Positions 26,276 to 40,061 of a stretch of 64,000 nucleotides of DNA are shown one piece after another. Positions within the stretch are counted from its first letter, which is position 1. Each line of letters opens with the position of its first letter. Source of the DNA: Octopus vulgaris (Eukaryota); assembly GCA_951406725.2 (NCBI GenBank), contig OX597821.1:93558001-93622000 (forward strand). The letters run 5' to 3'. Made by a program: the position numbers and the translations under genes. The notes under the pieces were generated by a model, which was not told the DNA's origin, did not search any database, and worked only from the letters and a program-made list of their open reading frames with translations.

Positions 26276-26612
26276 CTTCTTCTTCTTCTTCTTCTTCTTC
26301 TTCTTCTTCTTCTTCTTCTTCTTCTTCTTCTTCTTCTTCTTCTTCTTCTTCTTCTTCTTCTTCTTCTTCTTCTTCTTCTTCTTCTTCTTCATATAAACAG
26401 CATATGTAATACAAATTCCTCATCTCAGAAACATAGAATTGTTTCATCTTTTGTGTAGAATAAGTGTAATAGGGTGGTGTGTGTGTGTGTATGTGTGTGT
26501 ATATATATATACGATTGTGAAGCAATGGGTGACAAACACAAAAACACACAAACATAGATACATACATACATACAAACCTGTATACATACATACCTATATA
26601 TATATATATATG

Positions 26613-26645
<33 letters not shown>

Positions 26646-27213
26646 ATACACATTGGGCTTCTTACAGTTTCTCTCAACCAAATCTACTCACAAGACTTTG
26701 GTCACCCCAAGGATATAGTAGAAGACACTTGCCCATGGTGCCATACTGCAGGACTGAACCTAGAATCATGTGGTTGGGAAGCAAGCTTCTTTACACACAA
26801 CCACGTCTGTATATATCATTTATTCTATGCTGGGAAGATGGGAAGCTGCCATCAAAGTTCAACACCTCATACAAAACACATAGACACACCACAAACACAC
26901 ACACACACACGCAGACACAAACACACACACATACATATACACACACACACACATACACACACACACACACCACCCCATTACACTTATTCCACACAAAAGA
27001 TGAAACAGTTGTATGTTTCTGAGATGAGGAATTTGTATTACGTATGATGTTTATATGAAGAAGAAGAAGAAGAAGAAGAAGAAGAAGAAGAAGAAGAAGA
27101 AGAAGAAGAGGAAAAGGAAGAGGAAGAAGTGGAAGAGGAAGAAGAAGAAGAAGAAGAAGAAGAAGAAGAGGAAAAGGAAGAAGAAGAAGAAGAAGAAGAA
27201 GAAGAAGAGGAAA

Positions 27214-27250
<37 letters not shown>

Positions 27251-27845
27251 AGAAGAGGAAAAGGAAGAGGAAGAGGAAAAGGAAGAGGAAGAAGAAGAAG
27301 AAGAAGAAGAAGAAGAAGACTAAGAAGAAGACGAAGAAGAAGACGTAGAAGAAGAAGAAGAAGAAGAAGAAGAAGAAGAAGAAAAAGAAGAATAAAAAGT
27401 GGAAGAAGAAAAAGAAGAAGAAGAAGAAGAAAAGGAAGAGGAAGAGGAAGAGGAAGAAGTGGAAGAAGAAGAAGTGGAAGAAGAGGAAAAGGAAGAGGAA
27501 GAGGAAAAGGAAGAAGAAGAAGAAGAAGAAGTGGAAGAAGAGGAAGTGGAGGAAGAAGAAGAAGAACAACAACAACACGACGAAGAAGAAGAAGAAGAAG
27601 AAGAAGACGACGACGAAGAAGAAGAAGAAGAAGAAGAAGAAGAAGAAGACGACGAAGAAGAAGAAGAAGAAGAAGAAGAAGAAGAAGACGAGAAGAAGAA
27701 GAAGAAGAAGAAGAAGAAGAAGAAGAAGAAGAAGAAGAAGAAGAAGAAGAAGAAGAAGAAGAAGAAGAAGAAGAAGAAGAAGAAGAAGAAGAAGAAGAAG
27801 ACAAAGAAGAAGGAGAAAACTAAGAAGAAGAAGAAGAAGAAGAAG
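26276..27845. repeat. (TTC)n and ~790-bp (GAA)n tracts plus ~90-bp unique inverted arms enclosing a family C SINE fragment
   Basis: 26388-26480 is the reverse complement of ~26968-27060; (TTC)n 26276-26390; (GAA)n 27057-27845; SINE fragment 26515-26810 on the minus strand. Confidence 0.9.
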
Positions 27846-28419
27846 TGCCTTACATTTTAATTAGGGTAATTTCTAATAATTTCTTTTGATAATAATCAAT
27901 GATGTAAGTGAATGCATGTGGTAGGTTCAAGACCCAGGAGTGATTCAATAACAAAAACCCAAAATTTAACTGTAAAAAGCAATAAATATGAGCAAAAAAC
28001 ATCATAAACTAAAAAGGAATGTGGAAACATAATTGTGACAATAAACAGAAGCAGCTGCCACAAAGAATACACCAATAACAAAGTCTAGTTTTCCAAAACA
28101 TCGCTCATGACCTTAGTTTTTTCTTTGTTTCTCCCTTTTTTTTTTTTATTATTTTTATTTTGCAATACATCATTTACTTCAGAGAAGAAAAATAGTGAGT
28201 AATTCTCAAAAAATTTTATTATCTGAAATTATTTGTCAGGAGATTGCCTGTGTCATTGTCCTCAAAATCAAATGATCAGCTTTGAGTTTGATTCTAATGT
28301 TAAGCTTATTGCTTGTTTGTTTACTTCTCATTCATTTATGTCATTCACCTGGTCTACCTCAACTACTGAGAAAAAAAAAATGCAGGTAGTGACTTGGAAA
28401 GCCTTTAACATATCTAGAA

Positions 28420-28716
28420 TCATCAACATCATCATCATCATCGTTTAATGTCCGCTTTCCATGCTAGCATGGGTTGGACGGTTCGACCGGGGATCTGGGA
28501 AGCCAGAAGGCTGCACCAGGCTCCGGTCTTATCTGGCAATGTTTCTACAGCTGGATGCCCTTCCTAACGCCAACCACTCCGTGAGTGTAGTGGGTGCTTT
28601 TTATGTGCCATCTGCACTGGTGCCAGGCGAGGCTGGCATCGGCCACGGTCGGATTGGTGCATTTTACGTGCCACCGGCACGGAAGCCAGTCGAGGCGGCA
28701 CTGGCTTCGGCCACGA
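28420..28716 (-). mobile_element. RTE 3'-UTR-type short element with a (GAT)n tail
   Basis: Matches the 3' UTR of the 15235-16715 LINE. Confidence 0.88.
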
Positions 28717-28731
28717 TTATTAGAGATTATT

Positions 28732-29210
28732 TACCGTAAATCCTCGAGTATAGTCCACCCTTGAGTATAATACGCAGGGGATTTTTAGGGGGCTGTACCT
28801 CTGTAAAACCTAAACCTTGAGTCAAGGAGGTATATATAACATCTTTGGTTTGCAAAAATGTTTATGCTAAAGTCCTTTATTATTATTGTACATATAACAA
28901 TGCAAATGTGTAGCTTTTTTGTGCATTTTGTTTGCAGAAAATAAAGAAATAACAGTAATGACGTTTAATAAATGCTGCTTACTGCAAGTTATGGAAGAGT
29001 CTTTTATGACTTCATTGCTTTCAGGCTTAGCTTAAGGTATTTTTGCATCTGACATCACAAAATGCATCTGAATAAACATTGCCAGACAGCAAATAGAGAC
29101 TCGGACATTGCTTAGAAAATAGCATTTTTAACCTCATATATAGTACACACTAGGGATTTTGACCTTTAAATTTTGGGAAGAAAATGCAGATTATACTCGT
29201 AAAAAGTATA
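28732..29210. mobile_element. Non-autonomous pogo/Tc2-like DNA element
   Basis: Left end TA-CCGTAAATCCTCGAGTATA; degenerate right end TTATACTCGTAAAAAGTATA. Confidence 0.55.
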
Positions 29211-29404
29211 GGCTATAAGTGGAAGTATGACTGTGAGTCTAGGAAATTCACTTGCAACCACGTGGTTCTGAGTTCAATATGTTGTGCCTTAGGCATGTGT
29301 CTTTTTCTATAGCCCCAGGCTGACCAATGCCTTGTGAGTTAGTTTTGATAGATGGAAGCGATAGACCCAGAAAGACATGGTACAAGGTGGTGAAGCATAA
29401 TCTT

Positions 29405-29598
29405 TTTTGTTGCTGTTTCTTCCTTCTCGAGCCATGCCTGGCTCATAAGGGCTGGTTTCCTGGTTTCCTTGGCATATAGGTTCCCCACCTGGACAGGACA
29501 CTGGTTCGTTACAGGTGAGCTGCAAGATGCAGGAGGAAAAAGTGAGAGAAAGTTGTGGCGAAAGAGTCAGCAGAAGTTCGCGATTACCTTTTGCAGAA
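29405..29598 (-). mobile_element. SINE sharing the CTCTTTCGCCACAACTTTCTCTCAC block with the tRNA-Arg-like SINE but with a different 3' tail
   Basis: Partial homology to ~51800-51840 only. Confidence 0.6.
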
Positions 29599-29601
29599 GA
29601 C

Positions 29602-29978
29602 TACTCTTTTACTTGTTTCAGTCATTTGACTGTGGCCATGCTGGAGCACTGCCTTTAGTGAAGCAAATCAACCCTAGAACTTATTCTTTGTAAGCCTAAT
29701 ACTTATTCTATCGGTCTCTTTTGCTGAACCGATGCTGAACCACCATCGGTTGTCAAGTGACATTGGGGGGATAGACACAGACACACAAACACACACATAT
29801 ATATACATATACACGACGGGCTTCTTATCAGTTTCCGTCAACCAAATCCACTCACAAGGCTTTGGTCGGCCCGAGGCTATAGTAAAATACACTTGCCCAA
29901 GGTGCCATACAGTGGAACTGAACCCAGAACCATGTAGTTGGTAAGCAAGCTACTTACCACACAGCCACTCCTGCACCT
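29602..29978 (-). mobile_element. Family C SINE
   Basis: Homology to other copies. Confidence 0.92.
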
Positions 29979-31479
29979 ATGTAAAACGTTTTATTGAAAA
30001 TCATATGAAAAATGACCTGCAGGTTTCTCCATGATGGAAGATTGACAAGGAATTTCACAATGAAGACTGGACTCTGCCAAGGCTGTGTCCTAATCTCCTT
30101 GTTGTTCTTGTTAGTGATTGATTAGGTAATGAAAACCACCACAGCAAGGCAGAAGGATCAAAGCATAGTGGATCATGTACAACTGGCAAGAGAACCTTGG
30201 CTTTGTATTGCTGTCTCATATACTGTACCAGATGCAAAAGAAAACAACCAGTTTTAGTGAAATATCCTCACCAGCAAGTGTGAACATTCACAGAGACATG
30301 ACCAAGGTTATGAGACTTAATATTACAACAAAAGAACTAATGCACGTATTGGATCTCCTGTATACAAGAGATATTAACAAAAGTTTATAAATATTTTACA
30401 TTGATTATCATACCAAGAATTAGGTCAATGCAATTCCAAAATGTTTTTGAAATGAAATAAAAATGAACAGAAAAAGTTCTGCAGTGTAACATAACTAACT
30501 GGAACCACATAATGAGAGAAAATCTCACTGTGTACTGCTAAGTCAAAATAAAATAGCAACAACAGAGAAGAAAAGAAGAAAGGCAGAAATGGGTTAGAGC
30601 CAACTGTATAGAGATTATAAAAACCTTATTTACTGCCAAACTAAATCCCTTAGGTAATATTATGGAATCAACTTACCAAATCTGATAAAAGAGCATCCCT
30701 GAGATTCAGCTACAAATGAATAGTGGAAAGCTATCAAATGTATGAAGAGACAATGTATAAAAAAAAAAAAAGGAAAAAATAAGAAAAGAAAAAAAAATGA
30801 ATAACATGAATTGAATGAGAAAACATTGTGAAATACGAAGATAAATTAATATAGTAGATACTACACATCTGCAGAATACAAGAGAAACACAAATCATAGA
30901 AGAAGAGAATACAAAGGCAGTACAACAGAGATGAAGTAGCAATAAACCAAGGAACAGACAATTCCAAATCTAACTCTGCCAAATAATAATTCTTTCTAAC
31001 TTAGACATAAGGCCAACAATTTTGATGGTAGTGCTTTAGTCGCTGACTCTAGTATTTGCTCACTTAAGCCTATCACTCCCTAAGGAGCTTAAGTTCTTCA
31101 CAATTTTCTCCACTATTCTCAATTCTGGGCCATCTCTTCTGCTTGAATCCTTGCTTTTTCCTTCCTGATTCGATACATCATCTGGATATTCTGTGATGTT
31201 TCCTTCGGGGAAGGCCTTCCTCTCTCAAGTCCTGGTAGTTTTGAACTGTCATTACTGCTTCTGTTACCCTACTTTTTTTTTTTAAATAGGGGTGTTGGCT
31301 CAATGCAAACCTATATTTACCTCTTGGAAGAAGTAAGCCATATTAGTTTGGCTTCTATCCTTTGACCAGTCCAGCATGGGAAGACTTACCTGGAATTTCT
31401 GCTTCACTAACATAGCTCACAGGGTTATTGAAGCACACAAGCCACCATAACAAAGACTAAATCGTGTAGTGGACCTCAG

Positions 31480-31586
31480 ATTCTGACTGGTACTTTATTT
31501 TACCCAGCTTGAAGGGATGAAAAGCAAAGCTGACCTTATCAGAATTTTAACTAAGGATGTAAAGGGCCAGAACAAAAACCACTAGG

Positions 31587-31654
<68 letters not shown>

Positions 31655-32373
31655 TTTAACAATTTCACTTCTCAATTCACCACTGCCAAATAATCCTTTC
31701 AACTATAGGCACAAGGCCTGGAATTTGGGAGGGGCATAGTCAATTACATCAACCCCAGTGTTCAACTGGTACTTATTCTATCAACATTGAAAGATGAAAA
31801 GTAAAATCAATCCTAGCTGAATTTGAACTCAGAGCATACTCATCATCATCATCATTATCATTATCGTTTAACGTCTGCTTTCCATGCTAGCATGGGTTGG
31901 GCGATTTGACTGCGGACTGGTGAACCAGATGGCTGCACCAGGCTCCAATCTGATCTGGCAGAGTTTCTACAGCTGGATGCCCTTCCTAATGCCAACCACT
32001 CCGAGAGTGTAATGGGTGCTTTTACGTGCCACCGGCATGAGGGCCAGTCAGGTAGTACTGGCAATGGCCACGCTCAAATGGTGTTTTTTACATGCCACCT
32101 GAACAGGAGCCAGTCCAGCGGCACTGGCAACGACCTTGCTCGAATGTTTATTCATGTGCCACTAGCACAAGTGCCAGTAAGGCGATGCTGGTAACAATCA
32201 TGCTCGAATGGTGCTTTTTACATGTCACCAGCACGGAAGTCAGTTAGCTGTTCTGGCAATGGCAATGATCACGCTCGGATGTTGCTCTTACCGCTCCACT
32301 AGCATGGATGCCAGACGAAATACCACTAAACATTTAGCCCAGCATGCTAACAATTTTGCCAGCTCACCACCTT
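31480..32373 (-). mobile_element. Two family N SINEs; the second is interrupted by an RTE-tail element (31841-32312)
   Basis: The SINE breaks after GAACTCAGAGCATA and resumes at CAGACGAAATACC. Confidence 0.82.
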
Positions 32374-33524
32374 AACACTACCAAATAATAAGAAGAAAGA
32401 AAGAGCCATGAACACCAACGCAGGTATTAAATACTAGTAAATGTGCAACAGACAATTCCAAACCTAATACTGCCAAGTTATAAATACTGTGAAAGAACTA
32501 TCAGCACCGACATAGGGATTTAGAACATATGGCAGATGAAATCAAGCAAAAGTTTGAAGTGATACAACTTATACAAACTGACTTCAAACTATAAATGAGT
32601 AAAATGTCATACAACACAAAAACAGAAACCTAATCAAATAGACTAATCGTACGTGAGAAATAATTACAAAGTAAATAAATGAAATAGATATAATGGCCTT
32701 AAACTGAATAAAATATGCAGTATCCAGAGCAGCAGGTACCAAAATAAATTAGAAAACTAGAAAATCTAAAATGGATCCTGTTACCAAACAGAAGTGTCAG
32801 CAGGAGATAAATTACAGGAGAAAAATATAGTTAGAATACACAAGGCACTATAACAGGGACATAAAATGTTGTCAGCCCATAAAAAATTAAAGTTACATCA
32901 AAAGCTTAAAAATTAGATGAATGGGATTTTAAAATCACAAAAGAGATATCAATTGAATGGGAGACAGTTAAAGTGTAAAGAATAAAGTGTAGAGAATTTG
33001 AGCAATTCAAACATAAAATGTTCAAAATAAATGTTCTCAGAAGATATAGGAAGCTTTATAGAGAAATTACAAAACAAGTAAAGAATCCACTGAATGAAGG
33101 AAAAAGTAAAAACATTTTGGAAGAAAATAAGGGATGCAGAAATGTCCCATAAAATAAATGAACTAACTAGTAGAATAAAAGAAGAATTAAATCATGTGGC
33201 TCCACAAGAATGAAAAGATATTACACTGGGGAATATCATAGAAGCCATGAGAGGAAAAGGCAATTGGAAATCGCCTGGACTTGACAAAATTCCTGGATAA
33301 AACGCCTCTGTGTCTTATACTTACTTAAGAACAAATGCTTTAATTAAATGATTGGCGCCCATATCAAATATTAAAGTGGCTAACAAAAGGAAAAACACTC
33401 TTCCTACCAAAATCCATAACATTAGATAATCTTAAAACTATAGATACAGGCCAGATACATGCTTTTTAACTATATGACATCAAGAATAATTAAGAAGATA
33501 TATCAAGATCTCTACAGAAGTAAT

Positions 33525-33744
33525 CTTACTCTTTACTCTCTTTTACTTGTTTCAGTCATTTGACTGTGGCCATGCTGGAGCACCGCCTTTAGTTGATCAA
33601 GCAAATCGTCCCCAGGACTTAGTCTTTGTAAACCTAGTACTTATTCTATCAGTCTCTTTTGCCGAACTGCTAAGTTACGGGGACGTAAACACACCAGCAT
33701 CGGTTGTCAAACGATGTTGGGGGGACAAACACAGACACACAAAC

Positions 33745-33821
<77 letters not shown>

Positions 33822-33992
33822 CATATATATGGTCGGCTTCTTTCAGTTTCCATCTACCAAATCAACTCACAAGGCTTTGGTCGGCCCAAGGCCATAGTAG
33901 AAGACACTTGCCCAAGGTGCTACTCAGTGGGACTGAACCCCAAACCATGTGGTTCATAAGCAAGCTACTTACCACACAGCCACTCCTACGCA
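33525..33992 (-). mobile_element. Family C SINE
   Basis: Full-length homology. Confidence 0.92.
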
Positions 33993-34446
33993 TATCTTAT
34001 TCATGAAAAAGAGAACCAAAAAGATTTTATAAGGTAATCTTATGACCGTCATAACAAGTCAATTATAAAAGGCTGTAGGGTGAAACACGGGAACTTACTA
34101 CTGCCTGGATAAACTATAAAACATTTTAATTATGGTAAACAACATGGATCCATTCATCAACAGGGATGCATAAATTATCACCAGGGGTATAGAAATCAGG
34201 AAAAATTGTATACTAAAGTGGAAAACAAAATCTTGAGTGAGGTGTCATACAATACAGTACAATTCATATAAAAGCATGAATATTCCATGGAAATTTACTG
34301 TCATTATGTTTGTGTCGTCTGGCTCTCACCTCATTAAGTGCAATCCTAAACTGTACAGGAAATAGCTACAACATCTAATGGACTGTTTTCAGCCACTTAG
34401 TCTATATGGATGACATCATGTTATATGCTAAGTCTTTGACACAGCC

Positions 34447-34488
<42 letters not shown>

Positions 34489-34630
34489 TGCAGAGAGTAA
34501 TTTTTGACAGCTGTGACATCAATATAAATGTAGAGTTGACAAATGTGACTACACCACTTTCAAAATAGAGTGGTTGATCTGGGTGATAGACATAGATGCT
34601 AAAATGAGCCAGACGTTTAAAATGTTGATA

Positions 34631-35080
34631 ATAATCCTTTCTACTATAGGCACAAGGCCTGAAATTTCAGAAGGGAGACAGTCGATTATATTGACCCTGA
34701 TACTCAACTGATACTTTTTTCATCAATCCCAAAAGGATGAAAGGTAAAGTCAACCTCAGTGGAATTTGAACTCAGAATGTAAGGACAGGAAAAATGCAGT
34801 TAAGCATTTTGCCAGGCACACTAATGATTCTGCCAGCCAGCTGCCTTAAAATAGTTGATAATAATCCCTTTTACTGTAGGTACAAGGCCTGAAATAGGGA
34901 GAAAGGGAAAGTCGATTACAACCTCAGTACTCAGCTGGTACTTTTTTCATCAACCCCAAAAGGATGAAAAGCAAAGTTAATCTCGGTTGAATTTGAACTC
35001 AGAACATAAGGACAGACGAAATTCCACTAAGCCTTTTACCTGGTGTGCCAGCAATTCTCTCAACCTGTTGCCTTAATGGC

Positions 35081-35111
<31 letters not shown>

Positions 35112-35342
35112 ATAATAATAATAATAATCTTTTTACTATAGGCACAAGGTCTGAAATTGGAGGAAAGGGAGAGTCGATTACATCGACTCCAGTACTCAGC
35201 TGGTACTTTTTACATCAGCTCCAAAAAGATGAAAGCAAAGTTAATTTCGGTTGAATTTGAACTCAGAAAGTAAGAACAGACAAAATGCGGCTAAGCACTT
35301 CGCTTGGTGTACTAATGGTTCTGCCAGCTTGCTATCTTAAAA
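34631..35342 (-). mobile_element. Three tandem full-length old family N SINEs
   Basis: Units near 34631, 34858 and 35125; the flank TTAAAATAGTTGATAA recurs. Confidence 0.85.
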
Positions 35343-35621
35343 TAGTTGATAACAATAACATAGTGTATCTTGTGTGTGCAAATAGGTGTATGATGACTAC
35401 TGTTATGTTTAGAGCTCCACATAGATTATCATCGTCCAGACATTAGTTCTTTGTAACATAAATCAATAAAGTGTTCCCTGATGATCTGTTGTGGTTAAGC
35501 ATTCAACTACACTTGCAACATCCAAAGCAGAGTTCTGAACTGTAACAATGGGAAAATGTACATAGGGAACAAATGAGATTAACTTGAGTTTATTATAATT
35601 TCTCCTAATAATAATAATATA

Positions 35622-36032
35622 TAGGCACAGGAGTGGCTGTGTGGTAAGTAGCTTGCTAACCAACCACATGGTTCTGGGTTCAGTCCCACAGCGTGGCATC
35701 TTGGGCAGGTGTCTTCTGCTATAGCCCCGGGCCGACCAATGCCTTGTGGGTGGATTTGGTAGACGGAAACTGAAAGAAGCCTGTCGTATATATGTATGTA
35801 TGTATATATATGTGTGTATGTGTTTGTATGTCTGTGTTTGTCCCCCTAGCATTGCTTAACAACCGATGCTGGTGTGTTTACGTCCCTGTCACTTAGCGGT
35901 TCAGCAAAAGAAACCGATAGAATAAGTACTGGGCTTACAAAGAATAAGTCCCGGGGTCGATTTGCTCGACTAAAGGTGGTGCTCCAGCATGGCCACAGTC
36001 AAATGACTGAAACAAGTAAAAGAGTAAAAGAG
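35622..36032 (+). mobile_element. Family C SINE, full length
   Basis: GGCACAGGAGTGGCTGTGTGGTAAG head, GGTTCAGTCCC B-box, TAAAAGAG tail. Confidence 0.93.
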
Positions 36033-36914
36033 TAGATGTTTGTGGGTCAATAATGGTGAACAGATTCTGCAAGTTAGAATGTAGGAATTTTTTCTGAACA
36101 TAGTCAGAGGATGAGGATGCTGCTTCTAGAGAGTGAACATAAATTAAAAAATAAGATGGAAGCAATTATTCTCTTAGTGAATTATTCTCTTCAGTGAATT
36201 GGAATATGTAAGGGATAAACAAAATAGACACGAAAACAGACTTATAGACTAAACTTAAGCTACATTTCCCAAAAGATGGCACACATTGCATAAAATTCCT
36301 TTAGCAGAATGGGAGAAAAGACATTCAACGAATTGAGATTATATATAAAAATGGTGTGGACTCTCTCATCGCTTTGACAAATGAGAGTTCAGCAGAACAA
36401 AGCTGCATAATATTCTCAATTTAATGTGTTGTCTACTGATCTTAAGTAGAAAGTGTGAAGATGCAGGTGCCAGTGTCTTAGTTTACAGAAGAACCTGCAT
36501 GATGCACATCATTGCAGTGAGCATTATTTGTGCAGAGCCATTCCCACTCTCTCACCCTGCAAACTTGTATTGGTCTGGCACAACAAATGCCATAAACCCA
36601 GTTGTTATCAAGATGGAGTATTTGAATGGAGTTACCTTCTCTTAGATAAGGAGCTAAAGAGTTGATGGGCTTCATCTCCCCTGGATGCATTAGTGTGTAT
36701 GAGAGTGACAATCGTGCTGAACACTAATTTACCCACAAAACATGCAAACCTAATTACATGAAGTTGCAAAGCATAACAAAAGCAAAAGGTTGCACCCAAT
36801 ATATAAGGAAATACAAAAATATTCAACAGAAATACATACTCCACCCACAGATTCCTCAAAAATCATAAACAATCTTAGTGCTAAGCCTACAGGCAATACA
36901 AAAGAAATAAAACA

Positions 36915-37256
36915 GAGTCCGTGCCGGTGGCACATAAAAAGCACCATCCGAATTGTGGCCGAAGCCAGTGCCACCTCGACTGGCTTCCGTGCCGGTGGCA
37001 CGTAAAATGCACCAATCCGACCGTGGCCGTTGCCAGCCTCACCTGGCACCTGTGCGGGTGGCATGTAAAAAGCACCCACTACACTCACGGGGTGGTTGGC
37101 ATTAGGAAGGGCATCCAGCTGTAGAAACATTGCTAGAAAAGACTGGAGCCTGGTGCAGCCTCCTGGCTTCCCAGATCCCCGGTCGAACCGTCCAACCCAT
37201 ACTAGCATGGAGAACGGACGTTAAACGATGATGATGATGATGATGATGATGATGAT
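36915..37256 (+). mobile_element. RTE 3'-UTR-type short element
   Basis: Closely similar to the reverse complement of 28420-28716; (GAT)n tail. Confidence 0.88.
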
Positions 37257-39159
37257 CAACCAAGAAAATAAAAATGACTTAAGAAAATGAAACCTTTTTG
37301 AAGACCATTCCCAAAACAAATAAATAAACCATACTGTGACAAATAACAGACCTATACCTAACTTCAAGGAATACAGATGGTAAGAGAAATTGAAGGCCTA
37401 ATAATTGCAGCTCAGGACTAGTGTCTCCAAGCTAGAGACACAGGTATATCCTGAAGATAATGTTTAGCCAGGATGCTGTATGTGGAAGGTTTGATGAGAA
37501 CATCAGTCACATTCTAGATGGATGCTTCACATAGGATATGTCAGAATACATCAGGAAATATCACAGGGCTGCTATCTGCCTCCACTTCAAGGCATGCATG
37601 GAAATGAAGGCTTTCAGCTGTAGAAAAATTATTTAAGCATATTCTAGAGGCTGTGCTAGGAAGTGAAAATGGTGTGATTCTCTGAGATATGAAAGGACAT
37701 GTTGACAAAGAAGTAAGAGTGAACCAACCAGAGTGAACCAAGAGATGTAGGTTTATACAGTAATAATTGTGGTTTGGTCAAATGGCAACAAAATGTTGTT
37801 AAAGAAAGTTGAAAAAAACTTGCTAAATGTGGTGAGCTGGAAACCAAAATCACAAGAAAGTGGGGTATGAAAACAGATACATCCAAAGTCAGTATAGAAG
37901 CATTAGGAATGTAAAATATGGTATGGAAAAAGAATTAAAGAATTGACAATGAGCAACTTCCATTGTTGGAGTTCAGAAAACTGCATATCTGCAAAGTATC
38001 ACATTCTACAACAATGCTATAAAGTAAAGGAAATAAAAGTTTGTAACTAAGCTATTCAACTGTAGAGCTGCAAAAGACTCCAATAGGGCAGAGTATATTT
38101 ACCCTTAAAAAGATAATAATAGTTATAATAAAGAATAAGAGTTGTGTACACATACAAACGAATATACAAATTATGTGTATATAAGCAGTTTGCATAATGT
38201 TAACTGGCCATCAATCTATCCAGACAGCTAACAATTCCAATAAATAAATTCATCTTGCATACTAAAGAAAAAAAGCATCCTAGCGTCAAATGTCTGATCA
38301 GAACTGTCTTAACACTAGTGCTAAATCCTTTTTCTACCATTTTTACTTTTCTACCCAATACCCATAATTAATCTGTTTTCAAGAATTTAGAGCATATTCT
38401 TCCTTCTGAAATTGCAATAAAATATTTCTTCTCCATTTTTCTAATCTTTTCTCCATTTTCCTATTTTTCTATTTCTTTTTGTTGCTTTTCTTTTTTGTTT
38501 GTTTTTCCATCTATATAGTCCATCTGATTGTCTGTCTATCACTCAATCTAATTGTCTGTTCAGGTATTTATTGAATCGCTTCATTTTCTTCTACTTATTT
38601 TGGCTTCATATTGACTGAAAGTTTCTTTAATTTATATCTAGTTTATTTTCCACCCAGTTTCCATTTCTCAATATCATCATCAGCAGCAGCAGCAGCAACA
38701 GCAACAACATCCTCACCAGTATCAACATTATCATTGTTCTTGTTGTGATCAATCTTACCTGTCATCTGATCCAGCAACTAATCCATCTCTTTGGGGCTTT
38801 TGTAAAATATCAGTGATTATCATGCCCAATTCAATCCTATTCATTGCAAAATAGCCACGTAGATCATCCATCATTGGAAACAAGAACAACAACCAGAACT
38901 ATTTATACTAATGAAAATAACAAGAAGAATAAAGACAAGAATAACAACACTCGCAAACAACTATTGACATAGGGATATAGTATATTTATACTGTTTAGAA
39001 AAGAGTTCCCCAATCCTTCTGTCTGTGTGTTTATTAAACAAGATCAGTTCTTTACTATCATGCATGGCAACTGCCAGGAGAAAGGCACCAGATGTGAAGG
39101 GAAAAGAAGAAGAATTTTTAGGGAAATAATTATATATATATTTTCAATAAATATATATA

Positions 39160-40030
39160 CACATGTACGTATGTATGTATGTATGTATGTATGTATGTAT
39201 GTATGTATACATGTATGTATGTATGAATGTATGTATCTATGTATGTATGTATGTATGTATGTATGTATGTATGTATGTATGTATGTATGTATGTATGTAT
39301 GTATGTATGTATGTATGTATGTATATTTGTGTGTGAGTGGAGGTTTAGAAGTGTATATATGTGTGTATGTATGTATGAATGTATGTATGTATGTATGTAT
39401 GTATGTACATATGTATGTATGTATGTATGTATGTATATATGTATGTATGTATGTATGTATATTTGTGTGTGAGTGGAGGTTTATAAGTGTATATATGTGA
39501 ATATATGTGGGTATGCATGTATGCATACATATACAGATACATATACACACATAAAGATTTATGCATATGTGTGTATGTATGTATGTATGTATGTATGTAT
39601 GTATGTATGTATGTGTATGTGTATGTGTGTATGTATGTGTGTATGTGTGTATGTGTGTATGTGTGTATGTATGTATGTATGTATGTATGTATGTATGTAT
39701 GTATGTATGTGTGTATGTGTGTATGTATGTATGTATGTATGTATGCATGCATGTATGTATGTATGTATATTTGTGTGTGAGTGGAGGTTTAGAAGTGTAT
39801 ATATGTGTGTATGTATGTATGTATGTATGTATGTATGTATGTATGTATGTATGTATGTATGTATGTATGTATGTATGTATGTATGTATGTATGTATGTAT
39901 GCATGCATGTATGTATATTTGTGTGTGAGTGGAGGTTTATAAGTATATATATGTGTATAGATGTGTGTATGCATATGTATGTATGCATGCATGTATGTAT
40001 GTATGTATGTATGTATGTATGTATGTATGC
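39160..40030. repeat. (ATGT)n microsatellite with four interspersed ATATTTGTGTGTGAGTGGAGGTTTA(G/T)AAGT spacers
   Basis: Spacers near 39323, 39459, 39767 and 39915. Confidence 0.95.
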
Positions 40031-40061
40031 ATTTATGTGACATGAGAATTGACAAAACACA

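Larger units (their letters stand above)
32400..38125 (+). pseudogene. Long, heavily decayed R4/Dong-clade non-LTR retrotransposon (RT, CCHC, REL endonuclease) interrupted by SINEs
   Basis: Motifs in colinear order: NWKSPGLDKI (~33262), KGKTLFLPK (~33387), HLVYMDDIMLYAK (~34394), EGLIIAAQD (~37392), ENISHILDGC (~37496), VIL*D, IEALG, QKTA; (ATA)n-like end. Confidence 0.8.

Noticed and set aside
26157-27860. Poly-E/K/L/F ORFs (also at 45887-46511)
   Set aside because: Artefacts of (GAA)n/(TTC)n tracts.
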